Assembly (NCBI GenBank): GCA_963795855.1
Contig: CAWCIZ010000005.1
Coordinates: 29,434-93,433, forward strand
Source: Vulcanimicrobiota bacterium
GTDB lineage: Bacteria; Vulcanimicrobiota; Vulcanimicrobiia; Vulcanimicrobiales; Vulcanimicrobiaceae
Reading direction: 5' to 3'
Length of the DNA: 64,000 nucleotides
In this document: positions 10,331-20,505 of the stretch, piece after piece
Numbering within the stretch: the stretch's first letter is position 1
How the letters are laid out: every line of letters begins with the position of its first letter
Position numbers and translations under genes: made by a program
The notes under the pieces: generated by a model
The model's input: the letters and a program-made list of their open reading frames with translations, nothing else
Told to the model about the DNA's origin: nothing
The model's database searches: none

Positions 10331-12184
10331 TGCAAGTCGATGAGTAGCGTGTCGCTGGGAACGATGTCGCCTTCGCGAACGTGAACGGCGCCGACGGTAC
10401 CGTCGCCCGGCGCCTCGATGCGATGCTCCATTTTCATCGCTTCCAAGATTACGAGCAAATCGCGCGTCGCGACGGAATCGCCGCCTTGCACGGCAATTTT
10501 GACGATCTTGCCGGGCATCGGCGCGACGATGCGTCCGTTGCCGGAGCCCGCACCATGATGCGCGGCCGCATCGGCGGTAGGGGCATCGCTGAAGCGAACC
10601 TGCGCAGCCGATGCGAACCGATCGTTCAGCCGAATTTCGCCGGTGTAATCTCCGGTGAGCTGCCAAACGTTCGGATCCGCCGTAGCGGCCGCTTCGATTG
10701 CGACGTCGCGTTCTCCGACCCGCAGGCGCAGCGGAATTCCCACGCTCGCCAAACGCCACGGCGCGTGTGCATTGCGAAGTGCGGCAGATGCAGCGCGCGC
10801 GAGTGCGTCGGGCGAGACGTCGCGCCGGCGCAGCAAAGATCGACTCATCGAGCCGCTCTTCCAGAAAGCGCGTGGTCGTGTCGCCGGCGCGATACGCGTC
10901 GTCACGCGCGATCCACAGCAGCAGCGGCACGTTCGCACGAACGCCGCCGATCTCGAACTGTTCGAGCGCCTGCGTAAGCCGCGCGATCGCAACGTCGCGG
11001 TTCTCGCCCCACACCACGAGGTTGGCGAGCATCGGATCGTAATACACCGAGACTTCGCTTCCCGCGTGCACGCCGGCGTCGAGCCGAATGCCGGGCCCCT
11101 CCGGCGGATTCCACACGTCGATCGTGCCGGTCGAGGGAAGCATGTGGTTCGCGGGATCTTCGGCGTAGATGCGCGTCTCGATCGCCCAGCCGCGCGGCTG
11201 CACGCCGCTCTGCTCGATTGCGAGCGCTTCGCCGTTTGCGATGCGAAGCTGCCAGTGTACGAGATCGATGCCGTACGCGAGTTCCGTCACCGGATGCTCG
11301 ACCTGCAGGCGCGTGTTCATTTCGAGAAAGTAATACCGCCCGTCTTCGTCGAGCATGAACTCGCACGTCCCCGCGTTGACGTAGTCGACGGATTTGGCCG
11401 CACGCACTGCGGCCGCGCCCATCTCCGCGCGCAGCTGCGGCGAAAGTGCGACGGAGGGCGCTTCTTCGACGATTTTCTGGTGACGGCGCTGGATCGAGCA
11501 CTCACGCTCGCCCAGGTGAATGACGTTTCCGTGCGTATCGCCGAGAATTTGAAACTCGATGTGGCGCGGGCGGCGCAAATACCGTTCGAGCAGTATGGCG
11601 TCGTTCCCGAACGCCGCAAGCGCTTCGCGCTTTGCCGCTTCCAACGCTTCATCGAACTGCTCGATGCGATCGACGACGCGCATACCGCGGCCTCCGCCGC
11701 CGGCGCTCGCTTTGATCAGCAGCGGAAATCCAATGCTCGCGGCTTCTTCGCGCAGCCGCGCCGGCGACTGGTCGTCGCCGTCGTACCCGGGAACGACCGG
11801 AACGTCGTATTCGCGCACGCGGCGTTTCGCTTCGATTTTGCTGCCCATCGCCGCCATCGATTCCGGAGTCGGACCGACGAACGTGAGGCCGGCCTCGCGT
11901 GCCGCGAGCGCGAACTCCGCGCGCTCCGAAAGAAAGCCGTATCCGGGGTGCACGGCGTCCGCGCGCAGGCTTTTCGCCGCTGCGATGACGGCCGCAATAT
12001 TCAAGTACGACTCTGAAGGCGGTGGGGCGCCGATGCATGCCGTTTCGTCCATGAAGCGCAGGTGATATGCGCCGGCGTCGGCTTCGGAATAGATCCCGAC
12101 GGGCGTTATGCCGAGTTCGCGCGCGCCGCGCGCAACCCGCACCGCAATTTCACCGCGGTTGGCGACGAGCAGGCGCCGTATCAC
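10327..12184 (-). CDS. liuD: Methylcrotonyl-CoA carboxylase alpha subunit (biotin carboxylase + BCCP; frameshift ~10830)
   Basis: LLVANRGEIAVR, GGGGRGMR, ERECSIQRRHQK, EAMKM biotinylation motif in the shifted frame. Confidence 0.88.
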
Positions 12185-12964
12185 GCGATCCAGCTCGCTT
12201 TGCGCCGCTCGAGAAATGCGCGTAAGCCTTCCTGTCCTTCCGGTGACGCGCGCCGCTGCGCGATCGCCTCGGCCGTGACGTCGCGCGACTCCTCGTACGA
12301 CGCCGCCTGCACGCGCGGTACGAGCGCTTTCGCGGCCGCAACCGCTTCGGGCCCTGCGCGCCGCGATCTCGTTCGTGATGCGCTCGATGCAGACGTCCAG
12401 CGTATCGGCCACCACGACTTCGTGCGCTAGTCCGATGTGGAGCGCGCGTTTCGCGTCAAACCGTTCCCCCGTAAGAAACAGAGCGCGCGCATTCGACACG
12501 CCGATCTTCGCAAGGACGAACGGAGAGATGACCGCCGGAATGATGCCGAGTTTGACCTCCGTGAATCCGAAAATGGCATCGGCGCTCGCCACGACGACGT
12601 CGCAGACTGCCGCCAAACCCGCCCCGCCGCCCAACGCCGCGCCGTGAACTTTTCCGATGACCGGTTTTGGGCAGCGGTCGATCGTTCGAAACATATCGGA
12701 CATCGCTTTTGCGTCCGCCACATTTTCGGCGTAGGTGAGATCGAGCGACGATTGCATCCATGCGATGTCGGCGCCGCCGCAAAATACCTTCCCTTCGCCC
12801 GAAAGCACGATCGCGCGCGCGTTTTTGTCGCGCCCGGCCTCTTCGAATGCCTCGGTGAGGGCGCGGATGAGTTCCGCGTTGAAGGCATTGCGGACGTCGG
12901 GGCGGTTCAAGCGAATCTCGGCGACGGGGCCGGCGCGGTGACGTTGGACTACAGGGTTGGCCAT
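12181..12964 (-). CDS. liuC: Methylglutaconyl-CoA hydratase (enoyl-CoA hydratase; frameshift ~12360)
   Basis: LNRPDVRNAF, FCGGADIAWM, GAALGGGAGL, EVKLGIIPA; C-terminal EGQEGLRAFLE in the shifted frame. Confidence 0.85.
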
Positions 12965-13020
12965 GGCGTGCCGGGGTTCTCGCTTTAATCTATTCGGGCC
13001 TCGCAGGCGTTACGAGAAGG

Positions 13021-13839
13021 ATGAGAGAGCAGCAGCAAACGGTCTACCGGCACTCGGTCGCCACGCGGCTGACCCATTGGCTGTTTTTTCTTGCGTTTCT
13101 CGCGCTCGTCAGCAGCGGCTTGCAGATCTTCAATGCCGCGCCGTTCCTGGACGCTTCCGATAAGACCGAGCCCGCCCACCGCGTGCTTTCCATCGACGCG
13201 CCGCGAAACGGGGTGGGTGCCACGACGATTTTCGGGCGCACCTTCAATACGACGGGCTGGCTGGGGTGGACGGACGACGGGATGGGCCGCAACACCACGC
13301 GCGCGTTCCCCGGATGGCTGACGATACCCGCGTATCAAGATCTCGCGGACGGCCGCCGGTGGCATTTGTTCTTCGCGTGGATCATGATCGTGAGCGGAAT
13401 CGCATACATGGCGTGGGGTTTTACGCGCGGCGATCTTGCGAAGATCGTTTTGACGCCGAGCGATATATCGAAGTTGGTCCCGATGCAGCTCGATTATTTG
13501 CGCCTTCGCAAAGAGCCGCCGCCGCACGGGAAATACAATCCGCTGCAAAAGCTCGCATACACGCTGGTGCTGTTCGTTTTTGCTCCGCTCATCGTGCTGA
13601 GCGGGCTCGCGCTCTCTCCGGGGTTCGACGCCTGGTTTCCGTTTGTTACGCAGGCATTCGGCGGCAGGCAATTCGCTCGACTGTGGCATTTCGTGCTCAT
13701 GATCGCGCTCGTCGGCTTTTTCGTCACGCATCTGCTGCTGGTGCTCACGACCGGCGTGTTGAACCATCTGCGTTCGATGATTACCGGCTGGTACCGGTTG
13801 CAAGAGACAAATCGCTCCGCCGTGACGGAGTTGAAATGA
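13021..13839 (+). CDS. Cytochrome b/b6 domain membrane protein
   Basis: TRLTHW, SGLQIFNA, RRWHLFFAW, KYNPLQK, ARLWHF: heme-ligand His residues in TM helices. Confidence 0.85.
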   Translation: MREQQQTVYRHSVATRLTHWLFFLAFLALVSSGLQIFNAAPFLDASDKTEPAHRVLSIDAPRNGVGATTIFGRTFNTTGWLGWTDDGMGRNTTRAFPGWLTIPAYQDLADGRRWHLFFAWIMIVSGIAYMAWGFTRGDLAKIVLTPSDISKLVPMQLDYLRLRKEPPPHGKYNPLQKLAYTLVLFVFAPLIVLSGLALSPGFDAWFPFVTQAFGGRQFARLWHFVLMIALVGFFVTHLLLVLTTGVLNHLRSMITGWYRLQETNRSAVTELK

Positions 13840-14577
13840 AGCGGAAACTCTTTCTCGCGACCGGATTATCGGCCGCGCTGTCCGCGTGCTCGCAGATCGG
13901 CACGAAACTCAACGACAACCCCGGCTTCCACGGCGTTTTGGAGAAAGCCGAAAACGTCAACGAGCGGCTGATCGGCACGCGCGGACGCGCGCGGCTGTAT
14001 AGCGCTCGAGACATCTCGGCCGACTTTCCGGTCAACTCGCTGGACACGCCCGGGGACGCGCGCTACATGCGTTTGATGGGCGATCGGTTTGCATCTTACC
14101 GCCTAACGATTGACGGTTCCGTCGATCGTCCGCAGCAGTTCACGTTGCCGCAATTGCAGCACCTCATGAACGGTTTCGCAGATCACCCGTCACGACTGCG
14201 TCGAAGGCTGGAGCGCGGTCGCGCAGTGGCAAGGCGTGCGACTGGCGGATGTTCTTTCGCTCGCGCGGCCGCGCGCAGATGCGCGATTCGTCGTCTTTCG
14301 CACGTTTGACGTCGATGCGGACGGAACGCCGTACTACGAGAGCCTCGATCTGGATCAGGCCGCTCATCCGCAAACGCTGCTTGCCCTGCGCCAAAACGGC
14401 AAACCGATCGCGCCTGATCGCGGCGCGCCCGTCCGCCTGACGGTTCCCACGCAACTCGGCTATAAGAGTGCGAAATGGGTGCATCGAATAGAGGTCGTGG
14501 CGTCGCTTCGGCCTTTGTACGGCGGCAAAGGCGGCTACTGGGAAGATCAGGGGTACGAATGGTATGCGGGAATCTGA
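13836..14577 (+). CDS. Molybdopterin-dependent oxidoreductase (MsrP/sulfite oxidase family; frameshift ~14172)
   Basis: ITRHDCVEGWS, HPQTLLA, GAPVRL..P.QLGYKSAKW, GGYWEDQGY. Confidence 0.85.
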
Positions 14578-15279
14578 CAATCGCGTTCTTATTGCGCTCG
14601 TTCTCGCAGGTGCGCTCGTGACGGTTTCGGCAAGCGCCGCACCGGCGCCGCGCTATGACGTCGCGCCGCCCGGACACGTCGTTCAAGATACCGTTGCTTA
14701 TCTCACCGGCGAGGGGATGCAGTCCGCGTGGCACGTGGTCGCGAGCCGCCAACTCGTCGGCAGGCAGATGGGCCAGACGCCGGTCTATCAATGGTATCTG
14801 TCGTTTTACGCGCCGAATGCAACCGGCCTGAAACTCGCATACCGGTTGCCGAACGCGCAGGGCGAGCTCCTTTCCCGGGTGATGAAAGCGCCGGGCGAGC
14901 AGATGTATTTTCCGCAGCAGGATCTGCGCATCGTCGGAACCGGCGAATTCGAAAAAACCGGCGTTCAAGACGTCGTCGTTTGGGATCATCAAACCGGCGC
15001 GGATTGCGGTACGGCGGACGTCACGGTTTTCGGCGCCGGCGCAACCGGCCGAGTCGAGCAGCGCGTCCACGTCGAGAACGGCTGCAGCTGGACGCGACGA
15101 TCGTCAAACACGGGCCGCTATCCGGGGTGCGTTTGACGGGACCGTATTATGGTCGGAACGCGCCGCTCTGCTGTCCGACCAAACCCCGCGCGAGCGCGAT
15201 GCTCACTTATCGCGGCGGCACGTGGAAGGTTTCACCGGCGTATTACGTGATCAGTTCGTCGCTCGCCGCTCATCGCTGA
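14564..15279 (+). CDS. Secreted hypothetical protein with PLCCPT motif (frameshift ~15090)
   Basis: Signal peptide; C-terminal part continues in the 14728..15279 frame. Confidence 0.55.
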
Positions 15280-16141
15280 CGCGCGAGAGCGCGATCCACA
15301 CGCCGGCAATCACCAAAGCGGCGCCGAGAAACTCGCGCGGGCCGAAGTGCTCGCCGCCGAATGCCACGCCCACGGCGACTGCTATCACGGGAATGATGAG
15401 CGACGACATGCCGACGATCCACGCCGCGATGCGCTGAAGCAGCCAAAGATTCAGAAAGAACGCAGCGCCGCTCCCGGCTATCGCCAAATACAGGAGCGCG
15501 CCCCAAGAGGGCAGCGAAAACGCGCGGTGCAGATCGGCACGCTCCGTGCTGAAGCCCGCGACGGCGACTGCGATTCCCGCGATCAGCATCGCAGGCGGAA
15601 GCGTCACGAGTGGATCGTTGTCAGCATGCCGCTTCGCGTAGACGTTCGCGAAGGCGGACGAGAACGCCGCACCGATCGCAGCCAGCGCGTACCACACGGA
15701 ACCGTGCACGTTCGCTTCAAGTGAAATCAGCGCTACTCCGCCGAACGCCAGCAGCGCGCCAAGCCACGTGAGCGGCGTGGTGCGTTCGCCGATCAGATAG
15801 TGCCCCATGCCGAACATGAAAAACGGCAGGACGCCGAACAGCACGGCGGTCAGTCCCGAACTGACGTGCGTTTCAGCGGTGTACGTCAAAATATAATTCA
15901 AACCGAACAAGAAGGCTCCGAGCACCGCAACGAGCTTCCACGGCACGTCGCGCAGCGGCACGATCTTGCCGGCGACGATCGCGACGGCGTACATCGCACA
16001 GCCGGCGATGATGAAGCGGAGGCCGGCGCCGCTGACCGGCGGGAGGTATTGAAGGCTGATTTTTATGCCGAGCCAGGTCGTGCCCCAAATCGAACACATG
16101 AGCGCGTACGCGGCAAGGATGCTCAGCCGGTTCGTTCCCAT
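15251..16141 (-). CDS. EamA/DMT family transporter
   Basis: IWGTTWLGIK, about 10 hydrophobic segments, YLAIAGS. Confidence 0.88.
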   Translation of the reverse strand: MGTNRLSILAAYALMCSIWGTTWLGIKISLQYLPPVSGAGLRFIIAGCAMYAVAIVAGKIVPLRDVPWKLVAVLGAFLFGLNYILTYTAETHVSSGLTAVLFGVLPFFMFGMGHYLIGERTTPLTWLGALLAFGGVALISLEANVHGSVWYALAAIGAAFSSAFANVYAKRHADNDPLVTLPPAMLIAGIAVAVAGFSTERADLHRAFSLPSWGALLYLAIAGSGAAFFLNLWLLQRIAAWIVGMSSLIIPVIAVAVGVAFGGEHFGPREFLGAALVIAGVWIALSRVSDERRATN

Positions 16142-16695
16142 TCCTTCACCCGGTCGATCAGCTGCGTGCTGGTGGGCATATGGCTCATACCGCGCGGATA
16201 CGCAGTCGGGTGCTCGCGTTGGTAACGTTCCGAAAGCGCAGCCATGTACTCGAAATTCTCCCACAGCGCCGGCTGACCGATTTTTTCGCGCGCGTACGAT
16301 GTGATCGGCAGCAGCGCTTCCCAGTTCCGCAACACGACGAACGACCAGAAGTCGCAGGCAATGCGTTTATCGATGATCCCCGTTTTGACGAACAGCCCCA
16401 TGCTTTCGAAAAAATTGGCAACCGTTGCGATGGCTTCGTATTCGCCGCTGAACGGAATCTGCGCCGCTTTCCGGCACTCGGCCGGATCGGTCAAACGATT
16501 CGGCAGTTCGTAGGAGACGAAACGCTGCGCCGCGCGAAACTCCGCAGACTCGAGCGTTTCGCGGCATTCAGTGAGCGCGACGATTTGGTTGCTGCCCCGC
16601 ATGTGGCGAAGTTGAACGAGCGCCGCCATGGCGGACGCCGCGATAACGACGAACGTCCCGGCCGTTGCAATTGCCGTAACCCACTCGGCGTTCAT
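16123..16695 (-). CDS. Hypothetical membrane-anchored protein (DUF4760-like), paralog 2
   Basis: N-terminal TM, VANFFESMG, WENFEY. Confidence 0.6.
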   Translation of the reverse strand: MNAEWVTAIATAGTFVVIAASAMAALVQLRHMRGSNQIVALTECRETLESAEFRAAQRFVSYELPNRLTDPAECRKAAQIPFSGEYEAIATVANFFESMGLFVKTGIIDKRIACDFWSFVVLRNWEALLPITSYAREKIGQPALWENFEYMAALSERYQREHPTAYPRGMSHMPTSTQLIDRVKEWERTG

Positions 16696-17228
16696 CGGGC
16701 CGGCTCGTCGAGCGGCATGCGCGCCATGCCCGCAGGATACGACGTCGGGTAACGGTTCATGAACTGCTGCGAAACGACCGCAAGGTATTCGAAGTTCTCC
16801 CAAACGCCGGGATCGAGCTTTCTGCGAATTCGCATGATCGGGAGCATAGCGTCCCAGGAGGAAACGACGACGCCGCACCAGAGATCGCAGGCGATGCGGC
16901 GATCGATGATGTTGAATCGGACGAACGCGCCCATCGACTCGAAGAAGTTCGCCACGTTGCCCGCCGGCCGCAATTCCTGTGGAAAAAACGTCAGTTCCAG
17001 TTTGCGAACCATTTCGGGATCCTTCAGGAGTTCGGGGACTTTGAGCGTCAAAAATTCGCGCGCGTCTTGGAACTCGTCGGATTCAAGCATTTCACGGCAC
17101 TCGGTGAGTGCCACGATTTGATTGCTGCCGCGCGTATGCCGCAGTTGCAGCAGCGCGGCGATTGCGGATGCCGCGATGACGACGAACGTTCCTGCCGTTG
17201 CGACTGCCGTGACCCACTCCGCGCCCAT
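16692..17228 (-). CDS. Hypothetical membrane-anchored protein (DUF4760-like), paralog 1
   Basis: Clear paralog of the neighbour; SD AAGGAGG. Confidence 0.65.
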   Translation of the reverse strand: MGAEWVTAVATAGTFVVIAASAIAALLQLRHTRGSNQIVALTECREMLESDEFQDAREFLTLKVPELLKDPEMVRKLELTFFPQELRPAGNVANFFESMGAFVRFNIIDRRIACDLWCGVVVSSWDAMLPIMRIRRKLDPGVWENFEYLAVVSQQFMNRYPTSYPAGMARMPLDEPAR

Positions 17229-17237
17229 GCGTCCTCC

Positions 17238-18821
17238 TTACATGCGGAAAACTCCGTACTCCGTGGGCGCGATCGGCGCGTGCGCCGCGGCGTCGAGTCC
17301 CATCGCGATGACCTTGCGCGTATCCAAAGGATCGATGATGCCGTCGTCCCACAGACGCGCCGTTGAGTAGTACGGGCTGCCCTCGCGTTCGTATTTTTCG
17401 AGGATGGGGCGCTCGAACTCTGCCTTTTGTTCGGGCGTCATCTCGCCTTTCACCGTCGAGAGTACGCTGGCCGCCTGCGCTCCGCCCATGACCGAAATGC
17501 GTGCGTTCGGCCACATCCACAGCTGCCTGGGCGAATAAGCGCGCCCGCACATTCCGTAGTTTCCGGCTCCGAAACTGCCGCCGATCACGACCGTGAACTT
17601 GGGGACTTCCGCGCAAGCGACCGCCGTGACGAGCTTGGCGCCGTCCTTGGCGATGCCGCCGTTTTCGTATTGTTTGCCGACCATGAAACCGGTGATGTTT
17701 TGCAGGAAGAGCAGCGGCGTGCCGCGCTGCACGCACAGCTCGATGAAATGCGCGCCCTTTAGTGCGCTTTCGCTGAAGAGAATGCCGTTGTTCGCCAAAA
17801 TGCCGATGGGATGCCCTTCGATGCGCGCGAATCCGGTCACGAGCGTCGTTCCGTAGCGTGCTTTGAATTCGTGAAATTCGGAGGCGTCCACCAAACGGGC
17901 GATGACCTCGCGCACGTCGTAGCCGATGCGGCTGTCGGCCGGGATGACGCCGTAGAGTTCGCGCGGATCGTATTTCGGCGCGAGCGGCTCACATGTGTCC
18001 CACTGCAGGGGAGGCTCGCGGTGCAGATTGCGCACGATCTCGCGCACGATGCCGAGCGCGTGTTCGTCGTCGTTTGCGAAGTGATCGGCGACGCCGGAAA
18101 TTCGGGTGTGCACGTCGGCTCCGCCGAGCTCCTCGGCCGTAACTTCTTCGCCGGTCGCCGCTTTCACGAGCGGCGGACCACCCAAAAAAATCGTGCCGTT
18201 TCCCTTGACGATCACCGTTTCGTCCGACATGGCGGGGACGTACGCGCCGCCCGCGGTGCACGAACCCATGACCGAAGCGATCTGCGGAATCTTTTTGCCC
18301 GACATGCGCGCCTGATTGAAGAAGATGCGTCCGAAATGTTCGCGATCGGGAAACACGTCGGCCTGAAGCGGCAAAAAGGCGCCGCCGGAATCGACCAGAT
18401 AGATGCAAGGCAGATGATTTTGCTCGGCGATTTCTTGCGCGCGCAAATGTTTCTTCACGGTCATCGGGTAGTACGTGCCGCCTTTGACCGTGGCATCGTT
18501 GGCGACGATGACGCAGTGCTGCCCTTCGACGATGCCGATGCCGGTTACCATGCCTGCCGCCGGCGCGTCGCCTTTGTACATGTCGTGCGCGGCGAGCGCC
18601 GAAATCTCCAGAAAATCCGAACCCGGATCGACGAGCCGATCTACGCGCTCCCGCGCGGTGAGCTTGCCGCGCTTGCGGTGCCGGGCAACCGCGTCCGGGC
18701 CGCCGCCGGCCCGAGTCTTGGTGAGGTGCTCGCGCAACTCGCCTACCAGTGCCGACATGCGTTCGAAATTTTGCGCATAGGCGTCGCTGCGCCGTTCGAG
18801 GCGCGTCTGCAGTACACTCAC
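17238..18821 (-). CDS. liuB: Methylcrotonyl-CoA carboxylase beta (carboxyltransferase) subunit
   Basis: [44 protein letters not shown]. Confidence 0.93.
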   Translation of the reverse strand: MSVLQTRLERRSDAYAQNFERMSALVGELREHLTKTRAGGGPDAVARHRKRGKLTARERVDRLVDPGSDFLEISALAAHDMYKGDAPAAGMVTGIGIVEGQHCVIVANDATVKGGTYYPMTVKKHLRAQEIAEQNHLPCIYLVDSGGAFLPLQADVFPDREHFGRIFFNQARMSGKKIPQIASVMGSCTAGGAYVPAMSDETVIVKGNGTIFLGGPPLVKAATGEEVTAEELGGADVHTRISGVADHFANDDEHALGIVREIVRNLHREPPLQWDTCEPLAPKYDPRELYGVIPADSRIGYDVREVIARLVDASEFHEFKARYGTTLVTGFARIEGHPIGILANNGILFSESALKGAHFIELCVQRGTPLLFLQNITGFMVGKQYENGGIAKDGAKLVTAVACAEVPKFTVVIGGSFGAGNYGMCGRAYSPRQLWMWPNARISVMGGAQAASVLSTVKGEMTPEQKAEFERPILEKYEREGSPYYSTARLWDDGIIDPLDTRKVIAMGLDAAAHAPIAPTEYGVFRM

Positions 18822-18887
18822 ACAGCGCGCGTTTCTTCCAATGCGTGTTTAACCCCGTCTGGAGAGCGGCTTTGGTAGACTGGTTGC

Positions 18888-20363
18888 ATGGCAACCGATG
18901 TTGCGGGTATCGCTCGGCCCGCGGGTGCTCTCGACGTCCCGGCCGCGCTCGAGCCGTATTCGGGTCCCTGGAACGCGCGTCTGGCGGCGCATCTGCTGCG
19001 GCGAGCGGGATTCGGCGGAACTTCCCAAGAGGTGGCGCGCCTCGCATCCATGCCGATGCACGCCGCGGTCGACTCGTTGGTGAATTTCGCTCCGACGAGT
19101 GCGCTGCCCGCGCCGCCGGATCTCTACGATCCGCGCGAGGCCCTGCGCGGAAACGCGATGCGGACGCTCGGCGCGCTGATGGGCGACTCTACGCAACGCC
19201 GCGAACTCGCGAAAGAGATCCGCAAGAACGAACGGCAATCGGTTATTGCACTGCAGCGCTGGTGGCTGAACCGTATGCTCGCCACGCCCGCGCCGCTGCA
19301 GGAAAAGATGGCGCTGTACTTTCACGGGCATTTCACAACCGCCACGATTCAGAAGGGCGTCACGCCGCAGATGACGTTCGACCAGAATCAGTTGTTCCGC
19401 GACAACGCGCTCGGAAATCTGCGCGAGCTCACCTGGAGCGTCTCGACCAATCCGGCGATGATGATCTACCTGGACAACGCGCGCAGCGACGCGCAGCACC
19501 CGAACGAGAACTACGCGCGCGAATTGATGGAACTCTTCACGCTGGGCGTCGATCATTACACGGAAAACGACGTGCGTGAATCCGCGCGCGCGTGGACCGG
19601 GTGGATCGTTCCGCGCCGGACCGGGAAAGCGCTGTTCGTTCCGGGCCGCCACGATGCCGGCGTAAAAACGTTCCTCGGCAAAACCGGAAATTTCACGGGC
19701 CGCGACATCGTCGATATCATTTATCAGCAGCCGGCGTGCACGTTGTTCTGGGCAAACAACCTGCTGAACTTCTTCGTCTACAACAACCCCGAACCCCAAC
19801 TCGCGAATGCGGTTGCCGCGCTGATTCGCAAGAACGATTACAATCTTCGCCCCGTGATGTCGACGCTGCTCCGAAGCAACGTCTTTTATTCCGGACGCGC
19901 GTATCGCGCTCTCGTCAAGAGCCCGGTCGAGTTCGTCATCGGAACGTACAAGGCGTTCGATGTAGCGGAACTCGACGAAAGCGCGCAGCGTGCCCTGGTT
20001 CAAATGGGACAGATTCTCTTTTATCCGCCGAACGTTGCCGGCTGGCCGGGCGGTGCGAACTGGCTGACCAGTCAAACGGTAATCGCGCGCGAAAATTTCG
20101 TCGCCGGGCTGATGAACTCACCCATGATGAACGGCGAGCAGTGGCTGCAGCAGATTCCACTCAAGGCGAGCGCCGCCGCGTCGCAGCTCGTAAGCACCGT
20201 TCTCTACGGGGACGCATCGCCAAGCGCGGTCGCGCAGCTCGCCGAGTATCTGAACGGCAGCGGCACGTCGGCGCTCGGGATGCTTTCCGGCGAAAACTAT
20301 CAAGAACGGGTGCGGGGCGCGGCCTATCTCACCATGGCGATGCCCGCGTACCAGTTGAACTAA
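18888..20363 (+). CDS. DUF1800 domain protein
   Basis: AAHLLRRAGFG, NENYARELMELFTLG, PPNVAGW. Confidence 0.9.
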   Translation: MATDVAGIARPAGALDVPAALEPYSGPWNARLAAHLLRRAGFGGTSQEVARLASMPMHAAVDSLVNFAPTSALPAPPDLYDPREALRGNAMRTLGALMGDSTQRRELAKEIRKNERQSVIALQRWWLNRMLATPAPLQEKMALYFHGHFTTATIQKGVTPQMTFDQNQLFRDNALGNLRELTWSVSTNPAMMIYLDNARSDAQHPNENYARELMELFTLGVDHYTENDVRESARAWTGWIVPRRTGKALFVPGRHDAGVKTFLGKTGNFTGRDIVDIIYQQPACTLFWANNLLNFFVYNNPEPQLANAVAALIRKNDYNLRPVMSTLLRSNVFYSGRAYRALVKSPVEFVIGTYKAFDVAELDESAQRALVQMGQILFYPPNVAGWPGGANWLTSQTVIARENFVAGLMNSPMMNGEQWLQQIPLKASAAASQLVSTVLYGDASPSAVAQLAEYLNGSGTSALGMLSGENYQERVRGAAYLTMAMPAYQLN

Positions 20364-20419
20364 GTGGGAGGCTTTATGTTGCGACCGGAGCGGCTTTCAA
20401 ACAAACTTCTGTCGGCAGT

Positions 20420-20505
20420 ATGTGTATGCGCGCCGTCATTTGGGGGCCCCATGCTTTGCATGGGGGGCGCGCAGGTTAGACCGGAGCGCCTTTCAATATG
20501 AAACG
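20420..20505 (+). repeat. Structured intergenic repeat element, copy A
   Basis: Aligns with the reverse complement of 26935..27016; nested stems TGCGCGCC/GGCGCGCA and CCCCATGC/GCATGGGG. Confidence 0.8.

Noticed and set aside
9536..12964. 1142-aa hydratase-carboxylase-lipase fusion ORF
   Set aside because: Artefact of two frameshifts; each gene has its own start and its true C-terminus in another frame.
20383..20496. 18-bp direct repeats as a mini-CRISPR
   Set aside because: Only two short repeats with a 78-bp structured spacer and no cas genes.
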